Source of the DNA: Rhodospirillaceae bacterium
Lineage (GTDB): Bacteria; Pseudomonadota; Alphaproteobacteria; Rhodospirillales; Rhodospirillaceae
Assembly (NCBI GenBank): GCA_050246995.1
Contig: JBFWVA010000005.1
Span: forward strand, 44,990 to 108,989
DNA length: 64,000 nt
Direction of reading: 5' to 3'
The number at the start of each line of letters is the position of its first letter. The stretch's first letter is position 1. A program made the position numbers and the translations under genes. The notes under the pieces are model-generated. The model did not search any database, was not told the DNA's origin, and saw only the letters and a list, made by a program, of their open reading frames with translations. Below, in pieces: positions 9,240 to 17,572 of the stretch.

Positions 9240-10210
9240 CCATCCGTTCCGTGATCGCCGGCGTCGGCGCCTATCTTCCGGAAAAAGTCCTCACCAACCA
9301 AGAACTCGCCGAGCGCGTCGATACGTCCGATGAGTGGATTGTTGAGCGCTCAGGCATCCGCAAACGCCATATCGCCGCCGACGATCAGAAGACCTCCGAT
9401 CTCGCCATCGCCGCCGTGCGCCAGGCGCTGGCTGCGGCTGGGAAAGAAGGTCACGAGGTCGACCTCTTTGTTGTTGCGACAGCGACGCCCGACCAGACAT
9501 TCCCCGCCACCGCCGCCCGTGTGCAGGCCGCAGTGGGCCGTCCCGGTGTGCCCGCGTTCGACCTGCAAGCGGTGTGCTCAGGCTTCGTCTACGGTCTCGC
9601 CGTGGTCGACAATTTCATCCGCGCGGGCCAGGCAAAATGCGCCGTGCTTGTGGGCGCGGAAACCTTCTCGCGTATTCTCGACTGGAAAGATCGAACCACC
9701 TGCGTGCTGTTCGGTGACGGCGCCGGCGCTATCGTGGTGACCGCCGAAGAAGGGAAGGGGACGACCGCCGATCGCGGCATCCTCTCGACGCATCTGCATT
9801 CCGACGGACGCCATCACGACATGCTGTATGTCGACGGCGGTCCTTCCTCGACGCAGACCACGGGAAATGTGGTCATGAAGGGTAAGGAAGTTTTCAAGCA
9901 CGCGGTCGTCAATCTCGCCGAAGCCGTGCGTGAAGCGCTCGCCGCCAACAATGTCAGCATTGAGCAAGTCGACTGGCTGGTGCCGCATCAGGCCAATAAA
10001 CGCATCCTCGACAGCACCGCGCACAAGCTGGGCATGGACCCGAGCAAGGTGATCGTGACCGTCCAGGAGCACGCCAATACCTCCGCGGCCTCGATTCCCT
10101 TGGCCCTGCACGCCGGCATCGCCGATGGGCGAATCAAGCCGGGCAATCTGGTCCTCCTCGAGGCGATGGGCGGCGGCTTTACCTGGGGTTCGGCGCTGGT
10201 TCGTATGTAA
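9236..10210 (+). CDS. fabH: 3-oxoacyl-ACP synthase III
   Basis: ATGA overlap with plsX. Active-site [14 protein letters not shown] and GGGFTWGS motifs. Confidence 0.95.
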   Translation: MTIRSVIAGVGAYLPEKVLTNQELAERVDTSDEWIVERSGIRKRHIAADDQKTSDLAIAAVRQALAAAGKEGHEVDLFVVATATPDQTFPATAARVQAAVGRPGVPAFDLQAVCSGFVYGLAVVDNFIRAGQAKCAVLVGAETFSRILDWKDRTTCVLFGDGAGAIVVTAEEGKGTTADRGILSTHLHSDGRHHDMLYVDGGPSSTQTTGNVVMKGKEVFKHAVVNLAEAVREALAANNVSIEQVDWLVPHQANKRILDSTAHKLGMDPSKVIVTVQEHANTSAASIPLALHAGIADGRIKPGNLVLLEAMGGGFTWGSALVRM

Positions 10211-10367
10211 TTTGGCTATAATCTTGCGGCATTTTCAACCGCAGGATGATAATTTTAGCCAGTCTGCCTCTAAAGCCTTGTTTCTCATAGAGAACCTGTA
10301 TTGACGGAATCAGGGGGCTCCTTTAACCTCTTGTTTTAACGCCTTTTCTTATGAAGGAGCGCGTTCG

Positions 10368-10703
10368 ATGGGCGAGACCATTACCCGCGCACAGTTGAGC
10401 GAGGCCATCTACCAAGAGGTTGGCCTCTCGCGGAATGAATCGGCCGACCTGCTGGAACTCGTGTTGAACGAGATCACACAGGCGTTGCTGCGCAATGAAA
10501 CCGTGAAGATCTCTTCGTTCGGAAGCTTCTCCGTTCGGCAAAAAGGCCAGCGTATCGGCCGCAATCCGAAGACCGGCGAGGAAGTTCCCATTCTCCCGCG
10601 TAAAGTGCTGGTCTTCCGTCCGTCGCAGCTTCTGAAGGCGCGCATCCGCCAAGGTCACGCCGCGCAAGCGAAAGCTCAGGCAACACCGGCGCCCGCCGAA
10701 TAA
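10368..10703 (+). CDS. ihfA: Integration host factor subunit alpha
   Basis: [39 protein letters not shown]. Confidence 0.95.
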   Translation: MGETITRAQLSEAIYQEVGLSRNESADLLELVLNEITQALLRNETVKISSFGSFSVRQKGQRIGRNPKTGEEVPILPRKVLVFRPSQLLKARIRQGHAAQAKAQATPAPAE

Positions 10704-10715
10704 CGGCGCCTGCAC

Positions 10716-11174
10716 GTGGCGAGCGACGAACTCTTTCCTGCAGAAGATTCCGAAACCTCCGGCGCGCGCACCGGGAAGTCCGACGCGGCTTTCCGCACCA
10801 TCAGCGAAGTCGCCGACGACCTTGATGTACCGCAGCATGTCCTGCGTTTCTGGGAAACCAAATTCACGCAAGTGAAACCGCTGAAGCGCGGTGGTGGGCG
10901 GCGCTATTACCGGCCGGAAGACATCGTTCTCCTGAAGCGGATCCGCGCGCTGCTCTACACCGACGGCATGACCATCCGCGGCGTGCAGAAGTTGCTCCGC
11001 GAAAGCGGCGCCAAAGGTCTGATCAGCGAGCCGGTCGCTCCGGTGCCGGCGGCCCCTATTGAGGCGGCCCCCGTTTCCGAGGCGCCGGTCTATGCCGCGC
11101 CGCGCCACGACATGCGCCAATTGCTGGGCGAACTGACCGCCATGCGGGACGAACTGCGCGCCGTACTGCGCTGA
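10716..11174 (+). CDS. MerR family transcriptional regulator
   Basis: [48 protein letters not shown]. Conserved position after ihfA. Confidence 0.8.
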   Translation: MASDELFPAEDSETSGARTGKSDAAFRTISEVADDLDVPQHVLRFWETKFTQVKPLKRGGGRRYYRPEDIVLLKRIRALLYTDGMTIRGVQKLLRESGAKGLISEPVAPVPAAPIEAAPVSEAPVYAAPRHDMRQLLGELTAMRDELRAVLR

Positions 11175-11194
11175 AATTTCGAACAGAACAGGCG

Positions 11195-11223
11195 TTGTTT
11201 TGCCGGGCGCTGCTGTCTATAGT
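11195..11223 (+). promoter_or_regulatory. Possible sigma70-type promoter for tRNA-Pro
   Basis: TTGTTT, 17-nt spacer, TATAGT, about 50 nt upstream of the tRNA 5' end. Pattern match only. Confidence 0.3.
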
Positions 11224-11272
11224 CCCGCCGCGCCGGAAAGCCCCCCATCTTTCAAAGCTTTCCTGGCCGTGT

Positions 11273-11349
11273 CGGGGCGTAGCGCAGCCTGGTAGCGCAC
11301 CAGACTGGGGGTCTGGTGGTCGTGGGTTCAAATCCCGCCGCCCCGACCA
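11273..11349 (+). tRNA. tRNA-Pro (anticodon GGG), encoded CCA
   Basis: Hand-folded cloverleaf. Acceptor CGGGGCG/CGCCCCG, anticodon stem CCAGA/TCTGG with loop CTGGGGG, T-loop TTCAAAT. Confidence 0.95.
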
Positions 11350-11504
11350 TTTTTCCCTCATCGCTGATCTTGAAGTTGATGCGTAAGCGTACGTGCGCGT
11401 GCATTCTATCTTCTCGCCATCCCTGGCTCGTTCGGGGATTTACCGCAGGCGCTAAGCTTTAGGGCGATCGGCGATGCGACCGTTCGAATCCCCGGAGAAA
11501 AAAT

Positions 11505-12173
11505 ATGAACGGCGTATCAAACGCCCGGCTTGCCGGACTTTTTTATTTTGTCGTGGTCGTCACGGGGCTTTTCAGCCTCGCTTATGTGCCGTCGCGCATC
11601 GCGGTTGCCGGCGACAGCGCGGCTACGGTGGCGAATATCATGGCAATGGAGTCGCTGTTCCGCGCCGGAATCGCGGCCAGCATCCTTTGCTATCTCGCGT
11701 TTCTTCTGCTTCCGCTCCCGCTCTATCGCCTGCTCGAATCCAGCGGACCTGTTACGGCACGGCTGATGGTGCTTTTCGCAATCGTCAGCGTGCCCATGGC
11801 GCTGCTTAATCTCGGCAACGATCTGGATGTTCTCACCGCGCTCCGCTTAGGAGACCCTGCGCAGGCCGCCGCGCATCTCGCCGCGTCCCGCAATGGCCAG
11901 ATCTTTGTCCAGTTGTTCTGGGGTCTGTGGCTGTTTCCGTTGGGCCTGTTGATCTTTCGCTCGGGGGCGATCCCCCGCGTGTTCGGCGTGCTTCTGATGT
12001 TCGGCTGCCTGAGTTACTGCATCAGGGTTTTTGGACTGGTTCTGGTTGCCGACTACGCCGGCATTCCAGGCGTTCGTTACATTTCGATTCCCGGCAGCCT
12101 GGGGGAAATCGGCACATGTCTTTGGTTGCTATTGATGGGCGCGCGATCCCCAACCGCATCCCGCGGTGAATGA
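11505..12173 (+). CDS. DUF4386 family membrane protein
   Basis: ARLAGLFYFVVVVTGLFSLAYVPSRIAVAGDSAATVANIMAMESLFRAGIAASI resembles the DUF4386 N-terminal signature. About 5-6 TM helices. Confidence 0.55.
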   Translation: MNGVSNARLAGLFYFVVVVTGLFSLAYVPSRIAVAGDSAATVANIMAMESLFRAGIAASILCYLAFLLLPLPLYRLLESSGPVTARLMVLFAIVSVPMALLNLGNDLDVLTALRLGDPAQAAAHLAASRNGQIFVQLFWGLWLFPLGLLIFRSGAIPRVFGVLLMFGCLSYCIRVFGLVLVADYAGIPGVRYISIPGSLGEIGTCLWLLLMGARSPTASRGE

Positions 12174-12445
12174 AAGCGCCGGCCGCTCAATCTCGCCGAA
12201 CTCATTCGCGCTGTAAGCGCGGCGCGCGGAACCTTATAGGTTCGATTCAAAATCACTCCACGCTTTGGAAACGCTATCCGATTCCACGCTGGGGTATCCG
12301 CGGATTGCGCTTTCTAATTCACTGTGAAATATGCTTTTGAATAGGCCGTGACGGTACGCCCGTCGCTCAGCGCGCGTACGGGGAGGCCAACATCGCGCTT
12401 CATAAGTGGTTTTCGCCGAGGCAAGGGCCGCGCGCGCGCTTCGGC

Positions 12446-14938
12446 ATGGCCGATGCGGCGTGGTGCGCGCTGATATCACTCGCCTACGTCGCGGCTGCGC
12501 AAGTTGGCTTTTCACTGGCCTTCGCCACCAAACAGGTCACCGCGGTGTGGCCGCCCACGGGCATTGCGCTCGCCGCGCTTTTGCTGCGCGGTCCCGCCGT
12601 GTGGCCGGGCATTTTTGTCGGGGCCCTTGTCAGCAACGCTCTGAGCGACGAACCATTTGCCGCGGCGGCGGGGATTGCCGTTGGTAATACAGCGGCGCCT
12701 CTTCTCGGGTGGTGGCTCTTGCAACGCGCGGCGCAGTTCGACGTGCGCCTTGAAAAGCTGCCGGACGTTTTAAGGTTCACGCTTCTGGGTGTGGCCTTTC
12801 CCATGATCGTGAGCGCCACCAACGGCGTGATCAACCTGGCCATCGCCGAAATTATCACGTGGAGGTCCATTCCGGCGGTTTGGTGGGTGTGGTGGGTTGG
12901 CGATGCGATGGGCGCATTATTGGTTGCGCCCGTCATCCTCGCATGGTGCACGAGCGGCGACGGTACGCGTACGAAATCGCGTGTAGTTGAGTTGCTTGTC
13001 GTCGTCGCTGCCCTCGTCGGGGTCTCGGGCCTTTCGTTCTCGACAGCTCTTCCGTTGGCCTATCCTGTTTTTCCGTTGTTGATCTGGATCGCCTTGCGCT
13101 TCGAGCTGCGGGTCAGTTCCGCCGCCATTCTCGTCGTGTCGGCGGTGGCGGTTTGGCAAACGATCCACGATCGAGGGCCGTTTGCGGTCGGTTCGCTCGA
13201 TCGGCAGATGATCACGCTCGTCACGTTCATGGCGGTGCTCGCGCTCACGACACTCATTCTAGGCGCGGTGTCGGCTGAGAGGCGCGCCGCGGAGGCGGCC
13301 CTGCGTAAAGCCAACGACGATCTGGAGGTGCGGGTCCAGGGTCGCACCGAGGCATTACGGGCGAGCGAGAACTATTTTCGAAACGCGTTCGAAACCGCCC
13401 CTCATGGCATGGCGCTTGTCTCGCCCGAGGGGCGCTGGATCCGGGTGAATAAGGCGCTTTGCGAGTTCCTTGGCTACAGTGAGCAGGAATTGTTCGCGGG
13501 CGACTTCAAGAAAATCACGCACGTTGACGACCTCGCCGCCGACCTGGCGCAGGCGGAAAAGCTGCTGGCAGGGGAAATCCACACCTATCAGATGGAGAAG
13601 CGCTATCTCCATCGGAAAGGTCACTATGTGTGGGGTTTGCTCAGTGGCTCACTCGTAAGGGATAGCCAGGGCGCGCCTGTGAACTTCGTGGCGCAGGTCA
13701 TTGATATCGATCGCCGTAAGCGCGTCGAGGACGCACTCATAGACGCCCGCACCGCCGCGGAAGCCGCGAACCAGGCCAAGGACCGATTCCTGGCCGTAAT
13801 GAGCCATGAATTGCGCACGCCGATGACCGGCATTTTGGGAATGTCCGATCTTTTGTTCACGACCCCGCTTAACCCGGAGCAGGAGAAATACACGCAGACC
13901 CTGGCGCGCTCTGCCCGCGGACTGCTCAACCTGCTGAACGATATCCTCGATTTCTCGAAGATCGAAGCCGGTCAGCTTCAGATCGAACGGGCGCCGCTCC
14001 TGGTGCCGGAAGTCCTTGGCGACATTCGCGACCTCTTCGCAGGACCAGGGGCGGAAAAGGGGCTCGCGATTACAATGCACGCGGCGCCGGAGCTTCAAGC
14101 GCGCGTCATGGGTGACGCGGCGCGCGTGCGGCAGGTGGTCTCGAACTTCATTAGCAACGCCATCAAATTCACCAACGAAGGGACCATTACAGTCAGGGCG
14201 GAGGAGCAGATCACAGGCCGTGCGCCTTTGCTCAAGATCTCCGTGACCGATACGGGCGTTGGAATTCCCCCCGAAGCGACAAGCCGCTTATTTCAGCCGT
14301 TCGCCCAGGCCGACGTCAGCATCACGCGCAAATTTGGCGGCACGGGGTTGGGGCTCGCCATTTCGCGTAACCTTGCGCGCGCGATGGGCGGGGACATCCA
14401 GGTCGCAAGCGAGGTTGGAAAGGGGTCAACGTTCACACTTTTAATCCCGCTTGAGTACGAAGCTGGCGGTGCCGTGAAGTCCCCGGCGGACGCCGCTCAA
14501 GCGGCCCCTTCCGTTGACGTTCGGCCGGCCGCTGCCGCGCGGAAGCCGCTCAAGGTTTTGCTCGCCGAAGACAATGCAACCACGCGCATGCTCGTCACCG
14601 CCATGCTGGGCAAAATGGGCGACACGATTACCGCGGTCGGCGACGGGACCGAGGCTGTTGCCGCCGTGAAAGCGCATGCCTACGATATCATCCTCATGGA
14701 CATGCAGATGCCCATCATGGATGGGCCTGATGCGATCGCGGCGATACGCGAGATCGAACGCGGCCGGGGCGACAGCAGTCCCGTACCGATTATCGCTTTA
14801 ACCGCCGATGTCACGCTCGAAGGCCAGCAGAATTACCTCCGCTCGGGCGCGGACGCTTTCATAGGAAAGCCGGTGAATTGGAAAGCCTTAGCCGCTGAAA
14901 TGGATCGTCTGACAGGCCTCGCGGGCAGAGCTCTGTAG
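12446..14938 (+). CDS. Hybrid sensor histidine kinase (MASE1 - PAS - HisKA - HATPase - receiver)
   Basis: N-terminal polytopic MASE1-like region, a PAS segment, H-box SHELRTPM, N/G boxes (NAIKFT, DTGVGI, GGTGLGLAI), and C-terminal REC (LLAEDN...ILMDMQMPIMDG). Confidence 0.9.
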   Translation: MADAAWCALISLAYVAAAQVGFSLAFATKQVTAVWPPTGIALAALLLRGPAVWPGIFVGALVSNALSDEPFAAAAGIAVGNTAAPLLGWWLLQRAAQFDVRLEKLPDVLRFTLLGVAFPMIVSATNGVINLAIAEIITWRSIPAVWWVWWVGDAMGALLVAPVILAWCTSGDGTRTKSRVVELLVVVAALVGVSGLSFSTALPLAYPVFPLLIWIALRFELRVSSAAILVVSAVAVWQTIHDRGPFAVGSLDRQMITLVTFMAVLALTTLILGAVSAERRAAEAALRKANDDLEVRVQGRTEALRASENYFRNAFETAPHGMALVSPEGRWIRVNKALCEFLGYSEQELFAGDFKKITHVDDLAADLAQAEKLLAGEIHTYQMEKRYLHRKGHYVWGLLSGSLVRDSQGAPVNFVAQVIDIDRRKRVEDALIDARTAAEAANQAKDRFLAVMSHELRTPMTGILGMSDLLFTTPLNPEQEKYTQTLARSARGLLNLLNDILDFSKIEAGQLQIERAPLLVPEVLGDIRDLFAGPGAEKGLAITMHAAPELQARVMGDAARVRQVVSNFISNAIKFTNEGTITVRAEEQITGRAPLLKISVTDTGVGIPPEATSRLFQPFAQADVSITRKFGGTGLGLAISRNLARAMGGDIQVASEVGKGSTFTLLIPLEYEAGGAVKSPADAAQAAPSVDVRPAAAARKPLKVLLAEDNATTRMLVTAMLGKMGDTITAVGDGTEAVAAVKAHAYDIILMDMQMPIMDGPDAIAAIREIERGRGDSSPVPIIALTADVTLEGQQNYLRSGADAFIGKPVNWKALAAEMDRLTGLAGRAL

Positions 14939-15286
14939 AAGCGATGAATTCGGCTCGACGCGAAGCGAAGCGCGGCCTCGACAGTTCGGATGTCCTTGCG
15001 ATAACGACCTTGCCGTAAGAGGCAAATCCGCGAGCGGCGTATTTTTCAACGCAGTCCGAACCCTTGTTGCGAAGATTGCGCGTGGACTCGCCATGCGCGC
15101 GATTTTGCAATGCACAAAACATTTCCCGACTTTCGCCATCCGCTGACGCGCATCATGGCGCCGGCACAGGCAAGGGAGATATGCTCCGAATTATACTCTC
15201 TTCTTTGGACTGCGTACCAAATAGGGAAGCCCTCATCCCCGCACGAAGGTTTGCACGCTAAGATCGCGGGACCGGAGGGAGCTCTG

Positions 15287-15709
15287 ATGTCAGCAAATAT
15301 CAATTTAAAAGTCCTTTTAGCCGCATTTACGGCCGTTCTGATTGCGATGGCGTTCTACGTAATGCACTTGCGATCAGAACTTATTGAAGCTGAACGATTG
15401 TCGGCCGCTGTACGCGGGGAAGTTGCGGCGCAAAAAGTTACCATTGCGCGCATCGAGGACGAGCGAACGGTCGCCGCAAATGAACGCGATGCCATGCAAG
15501 CGCAACTGTCGGAATCTAAAGAGCTGCTGGTGAAGCTATCCGAGGGCTCAGAAAAAAAGAGCGGCGAGCTAAATGAGGAGATTTCAGTTCTTCGCGCGCG
15601 CATTGCTCATGAAGCGAAGGTATCGGCGTGGTGGCGGGAACTATTTGACTACACCAAGACGTTTAATCGCCAAGACGAATCAAGGTTGCACGCCACCACC
15701 ATGAAATAG
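15287..15709 (+). CDS. Hypothetical membrane-anchored coiled-coil protein
   Basis: ATG at 15287 follows GGAGGGA. One N-terminal TM helix, then heptad-like charged helix. AT-rich codon usage is atypical for this window. Confidence 0.5.
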   Translation: MSANINLKVLLAAFTAVLIAMAFYVMHLRSELIEAERLSAAVRGEVAAQKVTIARIEDERTVAANERDAMQAQLSESKELLVKLSEGSEKKSGELNEEISVLRARIAHEAKVSAWWRELFDYTKTFNRQDESRLHATTMK

Positions 15710-15739
15710 TGCCCACTGCGGAGAGAGCCTTGTTTTCGA

Positions 15740-16108
15740 ATGATCAAAAAGTCTCCCGCTGACGAATACGCCTACGCACTGCACGTAATTGCCGCGAACA
15801 GAACAGTCGTTGTGGCGGAGCGGACCTATGCCGCAAGGATTAGAACGGGAATCGCGATGCTCGCGTTTGGCCTCGAGACAAAGGCGCTCCTCGGGAGTCA
15901 ACCTCGCGTGCATCGCGCGAGGAACGAGCTCGATCTTAATGATGATCGCGGGCATTTGTCTTGGCATCGCGGTATGGCGCCTTTCAGAATCCGGATCGGC
16001 GCTTCAACACCCGATGTCCTGCAAATAGCGCGGAGTATTCTTGCCGGCTTTGGCAATGTTTTTCTCCTCGTCGTTGCTTTTGCCCTGTATGTTCTCTGGG
16101 GGCTTTAA
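15740..16108 (+). CDS. DUF202 (YidH-like) membrane protein candidate
   Basis: ANRTVVVAERTYAARIRTGIAMLAFGL resembles the DUF202 (N)ERT..A..RT motif. A second TM lies at the C-terminus. Confidence 0.45.
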   Translation: MIKKSPADEYAYALHVIAANRTVVVAERTYAARIRTGIAMLAFGLETKALLGSQPRVHRARNELDLNDDRGHLSWHRGMAPFRIRIGASTPDVLQIARSILAGFGNVFLLVVAFALYVLWGL

Positions 16109-16179
16109 TTCGGCGCGGCGGGCAGGGAAGGCCGTAAGACATTGCTGCGGTCCAGGGTGCGGCAATCTAATTTTGCGTT

Positions 16180-17247
16180 TTGGCGGAGCCGCAAGTGGTG
16201 GAATTTCTCGCGCCTCGATATCTCTTCTTGCTGATTGCGTTGCCGCTACTGGTCGCGGCCTACTTGTATCTCATAAATCGCAAGAAGCACCTTGTTCTCC
16301 GATATACCAGCGTGGCGATGGTCAAGGACGCCGCCGACGGTCTCTCGTCGATGCGCCGCCACGTCCCGCCTTTGGTCCTATTAATCGCCGTGTCGTTGGC
16401 TCTGATTGCCTCAGCGCGGCCCGCCGCGATGCTGACGCTCCCTTCGGACCGCGCGCAGATTATTCTCGCGATCGACGTTTCTGTGAGCATGCGTGCTCGG
16501 GATGTCGAACCGGATCGTATCACCGCGGCGAAAAACGCCGCCAAGACTTTCGTTCAGGAAGCACCTGGCAATTTGCAGATCGGTATCGTGGCATTCGCGG
16601 GCAATGCGATGTTGGTGCAAGCGCCGACTTTCGATAAACAGTCGCTGATTGAGGCCATCGATAATTTCAGGCTCCAGCGCGCGACGAACATCGGCGGTGC
16701 AGTCATGGCTTCTCTGCAGACGATTTTCCCCGGACTAAATCTCCAGTCCGCCTTACCTGCGTACGACCGCAGGGCATCACGCCGCACCGGCGTCTCCCTG
16801 GATGAACAGCCCGTTGCAGAAGAGCCGTTGATGCCACCCGTGCCGCCAGGTTCATACACGTCATCGGCCGTCATCCTTCTTACAGATGGACAGGCTACTA
16901 CCGGTCCCGATCCGATTGCGGCCGCGCGTGTCGCCGCGGATCGCGGCGTACGCATCTTTACGGTAGGTCTGGGAAGTCCAAATGGGGAGATCATCGGCTG
17001 GGGCGGACGAGGGATGCGGGTTCAGATCGACGAGGAAACACTGAAGACGATGGCCGACATCACCAAGGCGAAGTATTTCTATGCAACGACGAGCGCGGTT
17101 CTTGCCGACGTCTACAAGGATCTAAATGCTCAGCTCGTGATGGAGCGTAAGCGCACCGAGATATCGTTCCTGTTCGCTGGTCTCGCGGCCATTCTACTCG
17201 TGTGTGCCGCCGGATTATCGCTAGCTTGGTCGAACCGGATTTTTTAA
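16180..17247 (+). CDS. von Willebrand factor type A domain protein (BatA-like, TM-anchored at both ends)
   Basis: IILAIDVSVSMRARD (MIDAS DxSxS), ITAAKNAAKTFV, VILLTDGQATTG. N- and C-terminal TM helices. The start could be GTG at 16195. Confidence 0.85.
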   Translation: MAEPQVVEFLAPRYLFLLIALPLLVAAYLYLINRKKHLVLRYTSVAMVKDAADGLSSMRRHVPPLVLLIAVSLALIASARPAAMLTLPSDRAQIILAIDVSVSMRARDVEPDRITAAKNAAKTFVQEAPGNLQIGIVAFAGNAMLVQAPTFDKQSLIEAIDNFRLQRATNIGGAVMASLQTIFPGLNLQSALPAYDRRASRRTGVSLDEQPVAEEPLMPPVPPGSYTSSAVILLTDGQATTGPDPIAAARVAADRGVRIFTVGLGSPNGEIIGWGGRGMRVQIDEETLKTMADITKAKYFYATTSAVLADVYKDLNAQLVMERKRTEISFLFAGLAAILLVCAAGLSLAWSNRIF

Positions 17248-17572
17248 TCCGTACGGAGGCGCCGGCGCCTCCCTCACCGTGACCTACGTCGGCGGATTTC
17301 CTCTGGCTTTATTCCGACGATCATCTCGAAGGCTGGTGCGCTGCCTAGTCCCACGCATGAGGGAAAAATAGCGAGAAGCATTTCCCTTTCAGGCTGTCTG
17401 AAGGCAGGCGCTCGCGATGAGTTGCGCCATTTTTGCAGTGCAGCAGGATATTCTCCATTTTTTTGCCCGATCCCCCTGATGACATGACGGTTTTCAGAAC
17501 GTGATGCGTATAGGGTTTTAGGATGCAATCGGCGTACGCCGGCTTGGCGAGCGCTTCTAAGGGGGGCTATTT

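Noticed and set aside
11474-11505. tRNA T-arm-like string (GACCGTTCGAATCCCCGG) 140 nt downstream of tRNA-Pro, considered as an att-site remnant of an integrated island
   Set aside because: It is too short and imperfect to match the tRNA-Pro 3' end. No integrase or mobility genes are downstream.
12234-12515. 93-aa minus-strand ORF upstream of, and overlapping, the hybrid kinase start
   Set aside because: It overlaps the kinase 5' end, has Arg-rich composition, and lies in a lower-GC promoter-like region.
17250-17572. Possible riboswitch (cobalamin, TPP or c-di-GMP) in the leader of the TonB-dependent receptor gene, and ORF 17274-17528
   Set aside because: I found no B12 box, TPP CUGAGA core or GEMM-like motifs by eye. 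The minus-strand ORF has a non-protein-like composition. An Infernal scan would be decisive.
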